Shown piece by piece: positions 1-10,341 of a stretch of 64,000 bases of DNA. The notes below the pieces were generated by a model that was given only the letters and a program-made list of their open reading frames with translations, made no database searches and had not been told where the DNA came from. The stretch lies in assembly GCA_027459725.1 (NCBI GenBank), contig DAIDHK010000001.1, positions 67,411 to 131,410 of the forward strand, written 5' to 3'. The first letter of the stretch is position 1, and each line of letters starts with the position of its first letter. The position numbers were made by a program, and so were the translations under genes. Source of the stretch: Candidatus Levyibacteriota bacterium (lineage in GTDB: Bacteria > Patescibacteriota > Microgenomatia > Levybacterales > UBA12049).

Positions 1-1223
1 ATAATCATTCTACCCATGGCCACACCGGTATCATTTACCGTATGAGCATATTTTTTCTCGCCTTCTTTATTCTGATATTTAATGTTTAATCTTCTTGCCT
101 GAAAATCCGTAGCATTAGTATCACTCATCACTTCCATAAATGTCTGCTGAGAAGGCAGCCATGCCTCAACGTCATATTTTTTATGCGCAGCCGCATATCC
201 CGAGTCTCCACTGCACATTAATATCACGTGATAAGGTATTTGCAATTGCTGCAGGAGCCATTCATTCAGTGATAACAAATATTGCTGCATTTCAGAAGAC
301 TTATCTGTCGAAGTAATTGTATCCATCTCTAGTTTATCAAACTGATGAACTCTTTTTATACCTCTGACATCTTTACCCCAGGATCCAACTTCTGAGCGAA
401 AACAGGGTGTAAAAGCAAAAACTTTTTTAGGTAATTCCCTTTCAGGAATAGTTTTATCCATAAAATATGAAAACAAGGACGGTTCTGAAGAACCAACCAG
501 ATACAACTCTTCTCCCTCTTCAACATTATGAGAATCAACTTTATAGACCTGATCTACTTCTTCAGGAAAATGAGACGAACCAAAAAGGGCTTTACTTTTG
601 ACTAATAAGGGTACAACCATCGGGCTAAATCCCTCATCAATTAATTTATCCTTCAACAGTTCAAATAAAGCGTATTCGAGTAAGAAGCCCTCATTTTTCA
701 CGTAGGCAAAACGGGTACCTGAGACTTTGGCGCTTTGTTCAACATCAATGATGTCTAATTCTCTTCCCAGATCTATATGGTCTTTTGCAGCAAAGTCCAG
801 CCTGGGCATAAACGCTTTGCTGGTATCTTTTTTACCTAATTTATCCTCACTTAAATACCCATCTTTTGTCCATGCCTTGATTTCTACATTATCATCCTCA
901 CCTTTGCCTACAGGAACATCAGAAGCAAGCATATTAGGAACCCAGGATAATTTTTCAGTTAAATTTTGCTGAATATTTTTTAGCATATTCTCCTGACCGG
1001 AGATTTGGGTACTTAATCCTCTTAACCGTTGGATTTCTTCAGGAGTGGGTTTTTGTTTGGAACCGATGTTTAACTGCTGTCGCAAACCATCTACTTCTAG
1101 CTGTAAATTTTTTCTTTTTTCATCCAATTCCAGTATTCCGTCGATATCGGCAGATGCTTTACGGTTAAGGATATTTTGTCTAACTTCCCTTGTATGATCA
1201 CGAATAAATTTAATATCTAGCAT
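1..1223 (-). CDS. serS: Seryl-tRNA synthetase (3' end runs off the window; absent from the ORF track)
   Basis: Manual translation from ATG at 1223: MLDIKFIRDH..., N-terminal coiled-coil arm, VPNMLASDVPVGKGEDDNVE, KVSGTRF, LVGSSEP, CFRSEVGSWGKDVRGIKRVHQFDKLEM, KKYDVEAW, TDFQARRLNI, HTVNDT. Class II SerRS motifs. Confidence 0.97.
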   Translation of the reverse strand, partial: MLDIKFIRDHTREVRQNILNRKASADIDGILELDEKRKNLQLEVDGLRQQLNIGSKQKPTPEEIQRLRGLSTQISGQENMLKNIQQNLTEKLSWVPNMLASDVPVGKGEDDNVEIKAWTKDGYLSEDKLGKKDTSKAFMPRLDFAAKDHIDLGRELDIIDVEQSAKVSGTRFAYVKNEGFLLEYALFELLKDKLIDEGFSPMVVPLLVKSKALFGSSHFPEEVDQVYKVDSHNVEEGEELYLVGSSEPSLFSYFMDKTIPERELPKKVFAFTPCFRSEVGSWGKDVRGIKRVHQFDKLEMDTITSTDKSSEMQQYLLSLNEWLLQQLQIPYHVILMCSGDSGYAAAHKKYDVEAWLPSQQTFMEVMSDTNATDFQARRLNIKYQNKEGEKKYAHTVNDTGVAMGRMI

Positions 1224-1318
1224 AGTTATATTATTTTATATTATCCAAATCAATAACATACTGTTGCGATTATATCTCGTTTAAGTTTTACAAGCAAACA
1301 AGCCCAGACTTTCCTGAT

Positions 1319-2835
1319 TTAATATAATAAACGCAATTTAGCCTGGGGTAAGGAACTTGATTCTTGTCCCTGTGTTTTTTCTTCATATATTCTACTTAAA
1401 ATGTCCATGACATCTTTAGCATAACTTTTAGTATCCATCGCCACTCCAATATGAGGCATACCCGCAATTTCAGCTTCGATTACGTAAGGGGAATTGGGTA
1501 AATATTGTGATTGCTGCCAAACTTTTTCAATATCGGCTGCGGGGTGAATACGACGATATTTATTCATTCTATCGATTACACCCTTCGTAGTTCTATCTAG
1601 TGCTTCTTTTGCTGGGACATATGCGTCTTTTTCTCCCCAGATAAATGCTGCTGGTACATGGTTCAAATCTCTCACCCATTGTGGTAATGATGTATTTATA
1701 CCTTTCTGCGGCAGCATTTTCCCGACCAGTGGCACAGATTCAAAACCCATGGATTTGAGACCAACTTCTACCCAGTCTCTCTGGGATAATGCATCCTGAG
1801 GTCGCCTTCTTGTCTCAACTGCTAAATTTATTTCCTGCATTATGCTATTCCCTGAAGAATTTTTTTTCAGAAAAAATATTTCTCTTTGTTTTAACAATTC
1901 TGCGCGTTTCTTTCCATCAGTCCAGTTTGCCTGAATATAATTATCAATCCTATCCAACTGCTATCTTAGCTCAGCTGTTAGGAATTGAGGATTTTGATGT
2001 TTGCTTCGCATCATCTCAATTTGTCTACGTTTTTGCAAAAGTGCCCCTACATCTTCTTTTTCACTCATTCCCTGTAACTGTTCTTCTGCCTGTGCAATAT
2101 CCCATTCTGAAGGAAAAACCTGGTACATTTCTCCCTTTAATGTACCCACTTCACCAGAGCGTGGAATCATACCTGTCAGACTTTGCTCGTATTGGCCAAC
2201 TGACTGCAAAAAAAGAGCTGCATCAATTTTTACCTCCATTTTATTCTGTTTGAACAGCTCCTCCAGCAGCGGCAGCATATATCCCAATTCCATACCTCCC
2301 ATGGAATGTCCTGCTAGTACTAATGATCTTAAAGGCCTGCCTTCTTTTTCACGTCTTTGGATTTCTTTAAATACCATGGCTGCTTCGTAAGCTGCCCGTT
2401 TTACCGGATCTGGGGAATATTTATCCTGCTTAGTATCTACACTGGCCGGGGACCTATACCCAGCCCCATGCCAATCTTGGATATTAAATTTCGTTGTCCC
2501 GCTGCTTTAATCCACTCCGCAACCATATGGGTAATACCCGGGCCACTTCCACCTGCTCCAGATAAAATTATTAGACCTGTCGACGCATTCTTATCTAAGC
2601 TTTCAATTAAGCCTGCATGTAAATTAGGCACTTTACCATCCACCAGCCCGGAGCGATATTCCGCAGGAAAGATACCCATAGCGTCATGCAGTTGCAACGT
2701 AATATTTGTATCAATACTACCCAATCCTATATTTTCAACTGTGAATCCCGGCAAACCCTGTAAGGATTCATACAGGATGTTCATATTTTCAATTCCTCGT
2801 GCACCTGGTTGGATACTATCTATCTCTAATCCCAT
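1319..2835 (-). pseudogene. Alpha/beta-hydrolase-fold gene broken by a frameshift (~2448-2451) and an in-frame TAG (1961-1963)
   Basis: Three consecutive ORFs carry the fold's motifs in order: LIILSGAGGSG, LAGHSMGG (nucleophile elbow), FIWGEKDAYVP (acid), GMPH (His). 1961-2377 and 1319-1957 are in frame across ELR*QLDRID. The 2437-2835 frame joins the next by a 1-nt shift at a G4 run. Confidence 0.8.
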
Positions 2836-2878
2836 AACGTTTATTTACTGTTAACCATTAGTTCTATACACTTTAAAT

Positions 2879-3322
2879 TTAAATTACATTACTTATCTTT
2901 TGTAAAAACTCTTTCTGTTCCTCAATCATCTGCTCTGGCAATTGCTTAAAAAACTGCGGCTCTTTTACCTGTTCACTATCCGACAATATTCCTGAAACAA
3001 TATGACACTGAAAGACAATACCCACAGACCAGCCAAATCCTCTCGCTTTCTCTTCTGATATGTATTCTATATATCCTAAATTTTTGTCTATATCGATATC
3101 TATACACAACTCATCTTTAGCAACTCTCTTAGCTGCCTGATTTAATGTCTCTTTGTAATAGACAGTCCCCCCGGGTAAATACCATTGACCTTTCCAGGAT
3201 TCCAGCCCTCTTTTGGCCAGCAACAGTCCATCAGATGAGGTAATTACCAAATCTACACATAAGCGGGGAACTTGAGAATAAATGGATCTGAACTTTCCGT
3301 AAGTAAACGGCAATTTAGCCAT
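2879..3322 (-). CDS. NUDIX hydrolase, GDP-mannose mannosyl hydrolase-like
   Basis: PRLCVDLVI...LLAKR...WYLPGGTVYYKETLNQAAKRVAKDELCI: a modified Nudix box (RE replaced by RV) as in GDPMH-type enzymes. Starts 3 nt after the rpsT stop. Confidence 0.85.
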   Translation of the reverse strand: MAKLPFTYGKFRSIYSQVPRLCVDLVITSSDGLLLAKRGLESWKGQWYLPGGTVYYKETLNQAAKRVAKDELCIDIDIDKNLGYIEYISEEKARGFGWSVGIVFQCHIVSGILSDSEQVKEPQFFKQLPEQMIEEQKEFLQKISNVI

Positions 3323-3325
3323 GAA

Positions 3326-3628
3326 TTATTTAGCAGTTTTTTTGGCTGGACTCTTTTTAGATGCTTCTGATTTTTTGATTTCTACTGGTTTTTCACCGGC
3401 AACTAATTTAGATAAACTGGACTTTAGTCTGGCGGCTTTATTGTTATGAATAAGATGATTTTTAGCAGCTTTATCCACTGAACTAAAAGCTTTACTTAGA
3501 TTTTCTTTAGTCGGTTTCTGTCTAGCTTTCTTTAAGAGTTCACGATACACAACCCGTACCCGCTTATTTCTAAGCGTACGTTTTTTGTCCTGTCGCATTT
3601 TCTTTTTAGCGTGTTTCAGTAGTGGCAT
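3326..3628 (-). CDS. rpsT: 30S ribosomal protein S20
   Basis: MPLLKHAKKKMRQDKKRTLRNK...SVDKAAKNHLIHNNKAARLKSSL, plus a Lys-rich C-terminal extension. Confidence 0.96.
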   Translation of the reverse strand: MPLLKHAKKKMRQDKKRTLRNKRVRVVYRELLKKARQKPTKENLSKAFSSVDKAAKNHLIHNNKAARLKSSLSKLVAGEKPVEIKKSEASKKSPAKKTAK

Positions 3629-3634
3629 AGCTGC

Positions 3635-3663
3635 ATTTTAGCATGATATACTTGAAATGACAA
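3635..3663 (-). promoter_or_regulatory. Sigma70-type promoter of rpsT, leaderless geometry
   Basis: TTGTCA-17 nt-TAAAAT with TGn extension; the ATG is 6 nt downstream of the -10 hexamer. Confidence 0.65.
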
Positions 3664-3755
3664 GCTTTTGTAGCTAGATTTCACATAAACATGTTATCCA
3701 GAACACTATATCCAGAAGAAAAGAGCAGAAGGACCTGGTATATAAAAGATTAAAT

Positions 3756-5411
3756 ATGACAGACCTATTTCGTAAAGGATTAGACTTAATTTTGAAGCGA
3801 CAAACTAATATTTTATCAGCCGCTTTTGTTATTATGTCCACGGTTGTTTTATCACAACTTTTGGGTATCGTAAAAAAAAGACTCCTGGTGTCAATATTTG
3901 GTCCCACCAATGCTGTGGGAGTCTATACTGCAGCCTCTGTTTTACCTGATTTTCTCTTCCAGGTTGTTATAGCAGTCGCACTATCCAGTGCCTTTATCCC
4001 CGTCTTTTCTAGCTACATGAGTAAACATGAGGAAAAAGAAGCCAATGAAATGGCCTCATCCTTACTGACTGTAGGAACCTCCTTATTTATAGTCTTAGGT
4101 ATTGTCCTGGCTATTTTTGCGCCTTTTGTACTACAAATACTGAATTTGGGTTCCGGATTCTCTGCCGAGCAAATGAGCCTGATGGTTAATTTGATGCGCT
4201 TACTACTCATCGGACAGTTAATGTTTCTCGTAGGTGTTTTTTTTACTGCACTTTTGCAGACTCACAATCACTTTTTCGTTCCCGGTTTTGCCGCAGCTTT
4301 ATATAACCTGGGTATAATTATCGGTATACTTGCCTTTAGACAATACGGTATGTACGGTCCGACAATCGGCAACATATTAGGCGCGGCTCTGTTTGTCTCA
4401 CTGCAAATACCTGTCATCCGCAAAGTCGGTTTTCATTTTAAAATAAATTTTGATTTTCACAATCCAGGCCTGCAAAAAGTGTTACATCTGATGTGGCCTC
4501 GCTCAATTGCCAATATTGTGTTCAACCTCTCATCTGTGTTTACCATCTCTTTAATCTCCTTCATGCCCTCTGCCGGTAGAAATTATGTACTATTAGATCT
4601 GGCACAGGCTTTGGCTTTTGCTCCTGTTACACTATTTGGTCAGTCTATCGCCCAGGCTGCTTTTCCGGTTCTAGCCAAAGAAAAAGATAATCCTGAAGAA
4701 TTTAAATCAACCTTCATTACCAGTTTTAATCAGATGCTGTATCTCGTCCTGCCTGTTTCAGTTTTACTTTTGGTTTTACGTATCCCTATCGTACGTCTGG
4801 TCTATGGTGCCTCAACTAATTTTGACTGGCCCGCGACAGTACTTACGGGTAGAACTCTGGCTTTTTTTAGTATCTGTATTTTCTCAGAAAGTCTCAAAGC
4901 CTTGTTGGCCCGTGGTTTTTATGCCCTGCATGATACAAAAACGCTTCTGGTCAGTAGCACTTTAAGCACACTGTCAATGCTGGGCTTATCTGCATATTTT
5001 ATCGTAGAATTAAAGCTGGGTATTATGAGTATCGCATTTTCTTATTCAGTTGCCAGTATTCTGGAAATGTGTATTCTGTTTCTGATATTGGAGCATCGAC
5101 TACATGGATTTGATCGCAAATTTCTCGTTCTTTCGTGGCTAAAAATCTTCTCTGCAACTTTTTTTACCGCTTTTGCTTTGTATATCCCCATTAAGCTACT
5201 TGACCAACTTGTTTTTGATACTACTAAAACAATCAATCTTTTACTACTGACTGGCATTTCAAGTTTAGCAGGTTTGTCAATATATCTGATTCTTACATGG
5301 CTGTTTAACGTTAAAGAAGCTTTTACCTACGTTGTAATGTTCAAAAAACTTGGTACCTGGAGAGATATTATGAAGAAACAATCTGAAATTATTGAAAATA
5401 CTAAATTCTAA
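3756..5411 (+). CDS. murJ: Lipid II flippase MurJ (MviN)
   Basis: About 14 hydrophobic segments; LSQLLG, LPDFLF..., ALSSAFIPVFS, AAFPVLA, LARGFYALHDTKT. Confidence 0.93.
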   Translation: MTDLFRKGLDLILKRQTNILSAAFVIMSTVVLSQLLGIVKKRLLVSIFGPTNAVGVYTAASVLPDFLFQVVIAVALSSAFIPVFSSYMSKHEEKEANEMASSLLTVGTSLFIVLGIVLAIFAPFVLQILNLGSGFSAEQMSLMVNLMRLLLIGQLMFLVGVFFTALLQTHNHFFVPGFAAALYNLGIIIGILAFRQYGMYGPTIGNILGAALFVSLQIPVIRKVGFHFKINFDFHNPGLQKVLHLMWPRSIANIVFNLSSVFTISLISFMPSAGRNYVLLDLAQALAFAPVTLFGQSIAQAAFPVLAKEKDNPEEFKSTFITSFNQMLYLVLPVSVLLLVLRIPIVRLVYGASTNFDWPATVLTGRTLAFFSICIFSESLKALLARGFYALHDTKTLLVSSTLSTLSMLGLSAYFIVELKLGIMSIAFSYSVASILEMCILFLILEHRLHGFDRKFLVLSWLKIFSATFFTAFALYIPIKLLDQLVFDTTKTINLLLLTGISSLAGLSIYLILTWLFNVKEAFTYVVMFKKLGTWRDIMKKQSEIIENTKF

Positions 5412-5455
5412 ACCTCCAGTTTGTCTTTGCGGATCCAGGTATATATAATCTGCCA

Positions 5456-6002
5456 ATGCTGGAAACACAAATCAGCAGTAAATATAGTTTCGACAATCCA
5501 GATCTATTATCTTTTCGCGCCAGACTGTCTGAGTCAGGGGTAAATTTCGTTTTTTCCGGCCGGAAACATAATCCTGGATTATCATTATAATTTTGTGATT
5601 ACCTCTCCCGGCGAAGCCCTTACTCCTTTTCCGCTTACCCAACTTCGCTTTCTTAAAAACATAAAATGTAATACTCTTCATATTTTATATAATATACGAG
5701 GCTCTCAGGAAGGATATCTGGGTGAGTGCATGAGTATAGAAACCGTATAAACCATAGCTCTTCATAAGCCAGTCGTACTAGTGAAACAGACAGTCATATT
5801 TGGAGACAGCGTCGGATCAAGTATAAAAGATATTATTTATCCGCGCTTAACTCAAATACCCGTATTCTGACTCGATAAATTATATGGTGATGAATTTGCA
5901 GCTTTAAATGGGAGATATACGACTGATCCGGTTGATTTTGGCATCACCCAAAAACAAGCGAAACAGATATTCACCGCCGTGTATAACCTATCCAAATATT
6001 AA
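5456..6002 (+). pseudogene. Decayed nucleoside 2-deoxyribosyltransferase-like (NDT-like) gene
   Basis: ATG 5456 lies 6 nt after TATAAT. There is a +1 frameshift in the T6 run at 5550-5555 and in-frame stops TAA 5748 and TGA 5868. The repaired ~180-aa product contains LYNIRGSQEGYLGECMSIETV*TIALHKPVVL, matching the NDT-like GYIGxxxxxEIxYAxALxKPV pattern. Confidence 0.7.
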
Positions 6003-6109
6003 CATTTTGCCTAGAATTGGCTGCTATGTGAAGATTATCTGTGTTGTAAGTTTAAAATTAGATATTTATCCTGTAGCCCTCTAGTATCAAACTTACAGGC
6101 TAAATATGA

Positions 6110-6134
6110 AAAATTCCGCCGGTGGCGGAATTTT
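6110..6134 (-). terminator. Intrinsic terminator after groEL (could work on both strands)
   Basis: AAAATTCCGCC-GGT-GGCGGAATTTT perfect inverted repeat about 30 nt past the groEL stop. Confidence 0.85.
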
Positions 6135-6166
6135 GATCATATTGGGTTTCTTATCGCCTACGATGT

Positions 6167-8117
<1,951 letters not shown>

Positions 8118-8138
8118 ATTAATCTAAATATTATATAA

Positions 8139-8165
8139 TTCGCAGTTGATTATTCTTACTGCTAG
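8139..8165. promoter_or_regulatory. CIRCE-like (HrcA operator-like) inverted repeat upstream of groES
   Basis: TTCGCAGTT-N9-TACTGCTAG has the 9-9-9 geometry of CIRCE (TTAGCACTC-N9-GAGTGCTAA; 6/9 identity per arm) and lies directly downstream of the groES -10. Confidence 0.6.
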
Positions 8166-8194
8166 TTTATACAAAAAAATTATGCCTTTGTCAA
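8166..8194 (-). promoter_or_regulatory. Sigma70-type promoter of groES-groEL
   Basis: TTGACA (8194-8189)-17 nt-TATAAA (8171-8166). Confidence 0.7.
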
Positions 8195-8219
8195 TATCCT
8201 ATAGCTAACACATGTATAC

Positions 8220-8248
8220 TTGACACCCTATTATTTCTTCTATACGAT
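8220..8248 (+). promoter_or_regulatory. Sigma70-type promoter of the cohesin-domain gene
   Basis: TTGACA-17 nt-TACGAT, divergent from the groES promoter. Confidence 0.65.
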
Positions 8249-8281
8249 GATTATAAGTGCTAAAAGAGCACCTTTATTTAT

Positions 8282-9160
8282 ATGCACTCATCTAACTGGA
8301 AACGCCTGGTACTTATTGGATTCATAGTTATTTTATTAGTTGCTATTCCAGTTGCTATCTATCTGGTCAAAACAACCACCAACACACAATCTCATGCTAC
8401 CCCTGCGACTAACTTAACTTTTACACCTCCTTCAAGCAATCCAGCACCTATTACCGCAAATGTAGGAGATACGGTGCCATTAACTTTAAACATCGACCCT
8501 GGAACCAATCTGGTAACGTCAGTAAAGGTATATATTCAATATGATCCCACTAAACTTAGTGCCTCAAGCACAGCCTTCACTGTCAATGATTCAGCTTTTC
8601 CTGTAACCGTTCAGGGCCCTAGTTATTCTCCCGGTTCTATTTCCTTTTCAGTCTCTATTGGTGCAGACTATACCAAGGCTATCCAGTCTCCTACCAGTGT
8701 GGGTACACTGACCTTCACAGCTCTAGCTGCAACTGATCCCAACAATCCTACTCAGGTAAGTGTGACTACTCAATCGCAGGTCTTATCTGCCGGCCCCAAT
8801 GATCAATACCCTGAGAATGTTTTGTTATCACGACCTATTGCCTACATCGCCGTAAATGGACCCGCACAACCATCTACAACACCAACTCTAGTTCCTTCTG
8901 CTACTCTCACTCCTGTTCCCGGTGTTCCAACTGATACACCCGCACCAACGCTGGAGGCTTCACCTAGTGCAAGTCCTATTGCAATTGCTACTCCTACTAC
9001 TGCAGCTGTAGCAGTAATCGCTAATCCGACTGATACACCTGTTCCTCCACTGCCCACAGCGACTATTGCCGCTACAGGTTCTACTAATGTTACATTCGGT
9101 GCAGGTGCTGTATTAACTGTGTTATCTGTTATTGGCGGGGTAATTTTCTTCGTACTGTAG
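8282..9160 (+). CDS. Cell-surface protein: N-terminal TM, cohesin-like domain, Pro/Thr linker, C-terminal IAATG + TM
   Basis: VGDTVPLTLNIDPG...VYIQYDPTKL...VGTLTFTAL cohesin-like beta-sandwich pattern; PT-rich stalk; IAATG followed by a hydrophobic C-terminus. Confidence 0.8.
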   Translation: MHSSNWKRLVLIGFIVILLVAIPVAIYLVKTTTNTQSHATPATNLTFTPPSSNPAPITANVGDTVPLTLNIDPGTNLVTSVKVYIQYDPTKLSASSTAFTVNDSAFPVTVQGPSYSPGSISFSVSIGADYTKAIQSPTSVGTLTFTALAATDPNNPTQVSVTTQSQVLSAGPNDQYPENVLLSRPIAYIAVNGPAQPSTTPTLVPSATLTPVPGVPTDTPAPTLEASPSASPIAIATPTTAAVAVIANPTDTPVPPLPTATIAATGSTNVTFGAGAVLTVLSVIGGVIFFVL

Positions 9161-9215
9161 TAAAAAGAGATGGATTGCCAAATGTATTCTCCTATTTCAT
9201 ACCTTCGCAGATTTC

Positions 9216-10331
9216 GGCTTAATTAAGAATTAGTGTGGTAAATTTAATCCTCTTTAGTATTTCTCTAGGATAACTTATCTTTGTTGTAGAAGTAAACGAA
9301 CCACTGCATAAATGTTTGCCATCGTTCAGTTTTTAATCCTCTGTGAGACAGCCATCTTTTCCCTAAGTGTCCAAATTGAGCTTCAATCTCATTGGTGGTT
9401 TTGGGCATAGTGGGAAAATCTAAGAATTTGAAACTGGTAAAGGGCAAATCTCTTAGAATACTCAAAGCTCGTCTTACTCCTTTATGGATAAACCACCAGT
9501 TGTAATCCAAATCATATTTCTTTTCTTTAAGATAGGTGTTGTGTGCTTTTATCCATGCAGTAACTTGCTCTACCCACCATCTCAGTGCCTCTTTTGATTC
9601 AATCAACCATACATGATCTGCCAGTAGCTTCAATTGTTTGACATGCTCACTTTTGGGATATTTGCCAATAGCATTGATAACGTCACGATGCAGATGCGCA
9701 AGACATATTTAGTGTGGTTTATGGGGAAACACCTCTCCTACAGCCTTCACAATGCCTGTGCCCCCATCTGAAACAACGCCAGTAAATCTGTAGCCTAGAA
9801 AGAGAAGATGTTTTAAATCTTTAGCAATTTTACTAGCAGCTTCTCTCCCCACAACTGAGATATGCAGAATTGTTAAGTTTTTAGATTGCCGATAGGCCAT
9901 TAAGATAAACCCTCGTTTTAGCCACAAGCCATCAAGGAGCAGAAAGATCTCAGTTTGATTTGATAGGTCAAGTAATGGAAGCTCGGGTGGTTTCTGAGAG
10001 AAGAATAGTTGAAACTTAGATTGTAGATATTGAGGAGTATATCCTGATTGATCTGCTAATTGTTCATAGGTATGTCCCCACAAAACATATTGGCGAAACA
10101 AAGAAAAGAAGTCTGTTTTTATACGTTGTCGTCGATAGACTCTTGTTATTCGACAGGTATTGCATCCGTATCTTTTCTTTCCATATGGAGTTTTTCCCCA
10201 GACAGTGAGTGGCTTCTTACAGGATATACACGTGGGTCGCTTATTACCCATATGTTATAACTTTAAAGCACTTTAGCTTGTCAAATCAAGAGAAACAGCG
10301 TATTATTACCACACTAATTCTTAATTAAGCC
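9216..10331 (-). mobile_element. IS256-like (Mutator-superfamily) insertion sequence, 1116 bp
   Basis: Perfect 26-bp TIRs GGCTTAATTAAGAATTAGTGTGGTAA (9216-9241 and 10306-10331), flanked by the 8-bp direct repeat CAGATTTC (9208-9215 and 10332-10339), with one transposase frame inside. Confidence 0.95.
9265..10251 (-). pseudogene. DDE transposase with N-terminal Zn ribbon, interrupted by an in-frame TAA at 9709-9711
   Basis: The two ORFs are in frame: CxxC...CxxC, LLLDGLW, VVSDGGTG, PH*ICLAHL (expected HQxCxxH, so CAA>TAA), TTNEIEAQF. Confidence 0.9.
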
Positions 10332-10341
10332 CAGATTTCTC

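Noticed and set aside
5277-5681. Minus-strand ORFs 5472-5681 and 5277-5468
   Set aside because: They are antisense to murJ and to the plus-strand NDT-like pseudogene, and have no recognisable motifs.
6062-6107. Second hairpin (ATATTTATCCTGTA...TACAGGCTAAATAT) as an ncRNA
   Set aside because: AT-rich with a large loop, next to the groEL terminator, and with no recognisable RNA family features.
9265-10251. Two-ORF IS with a programmed frameshift (IS1/IS3 style)
   Set aside because: The ORFs are in the same frame and separated by one TAA inside a conserved motif.
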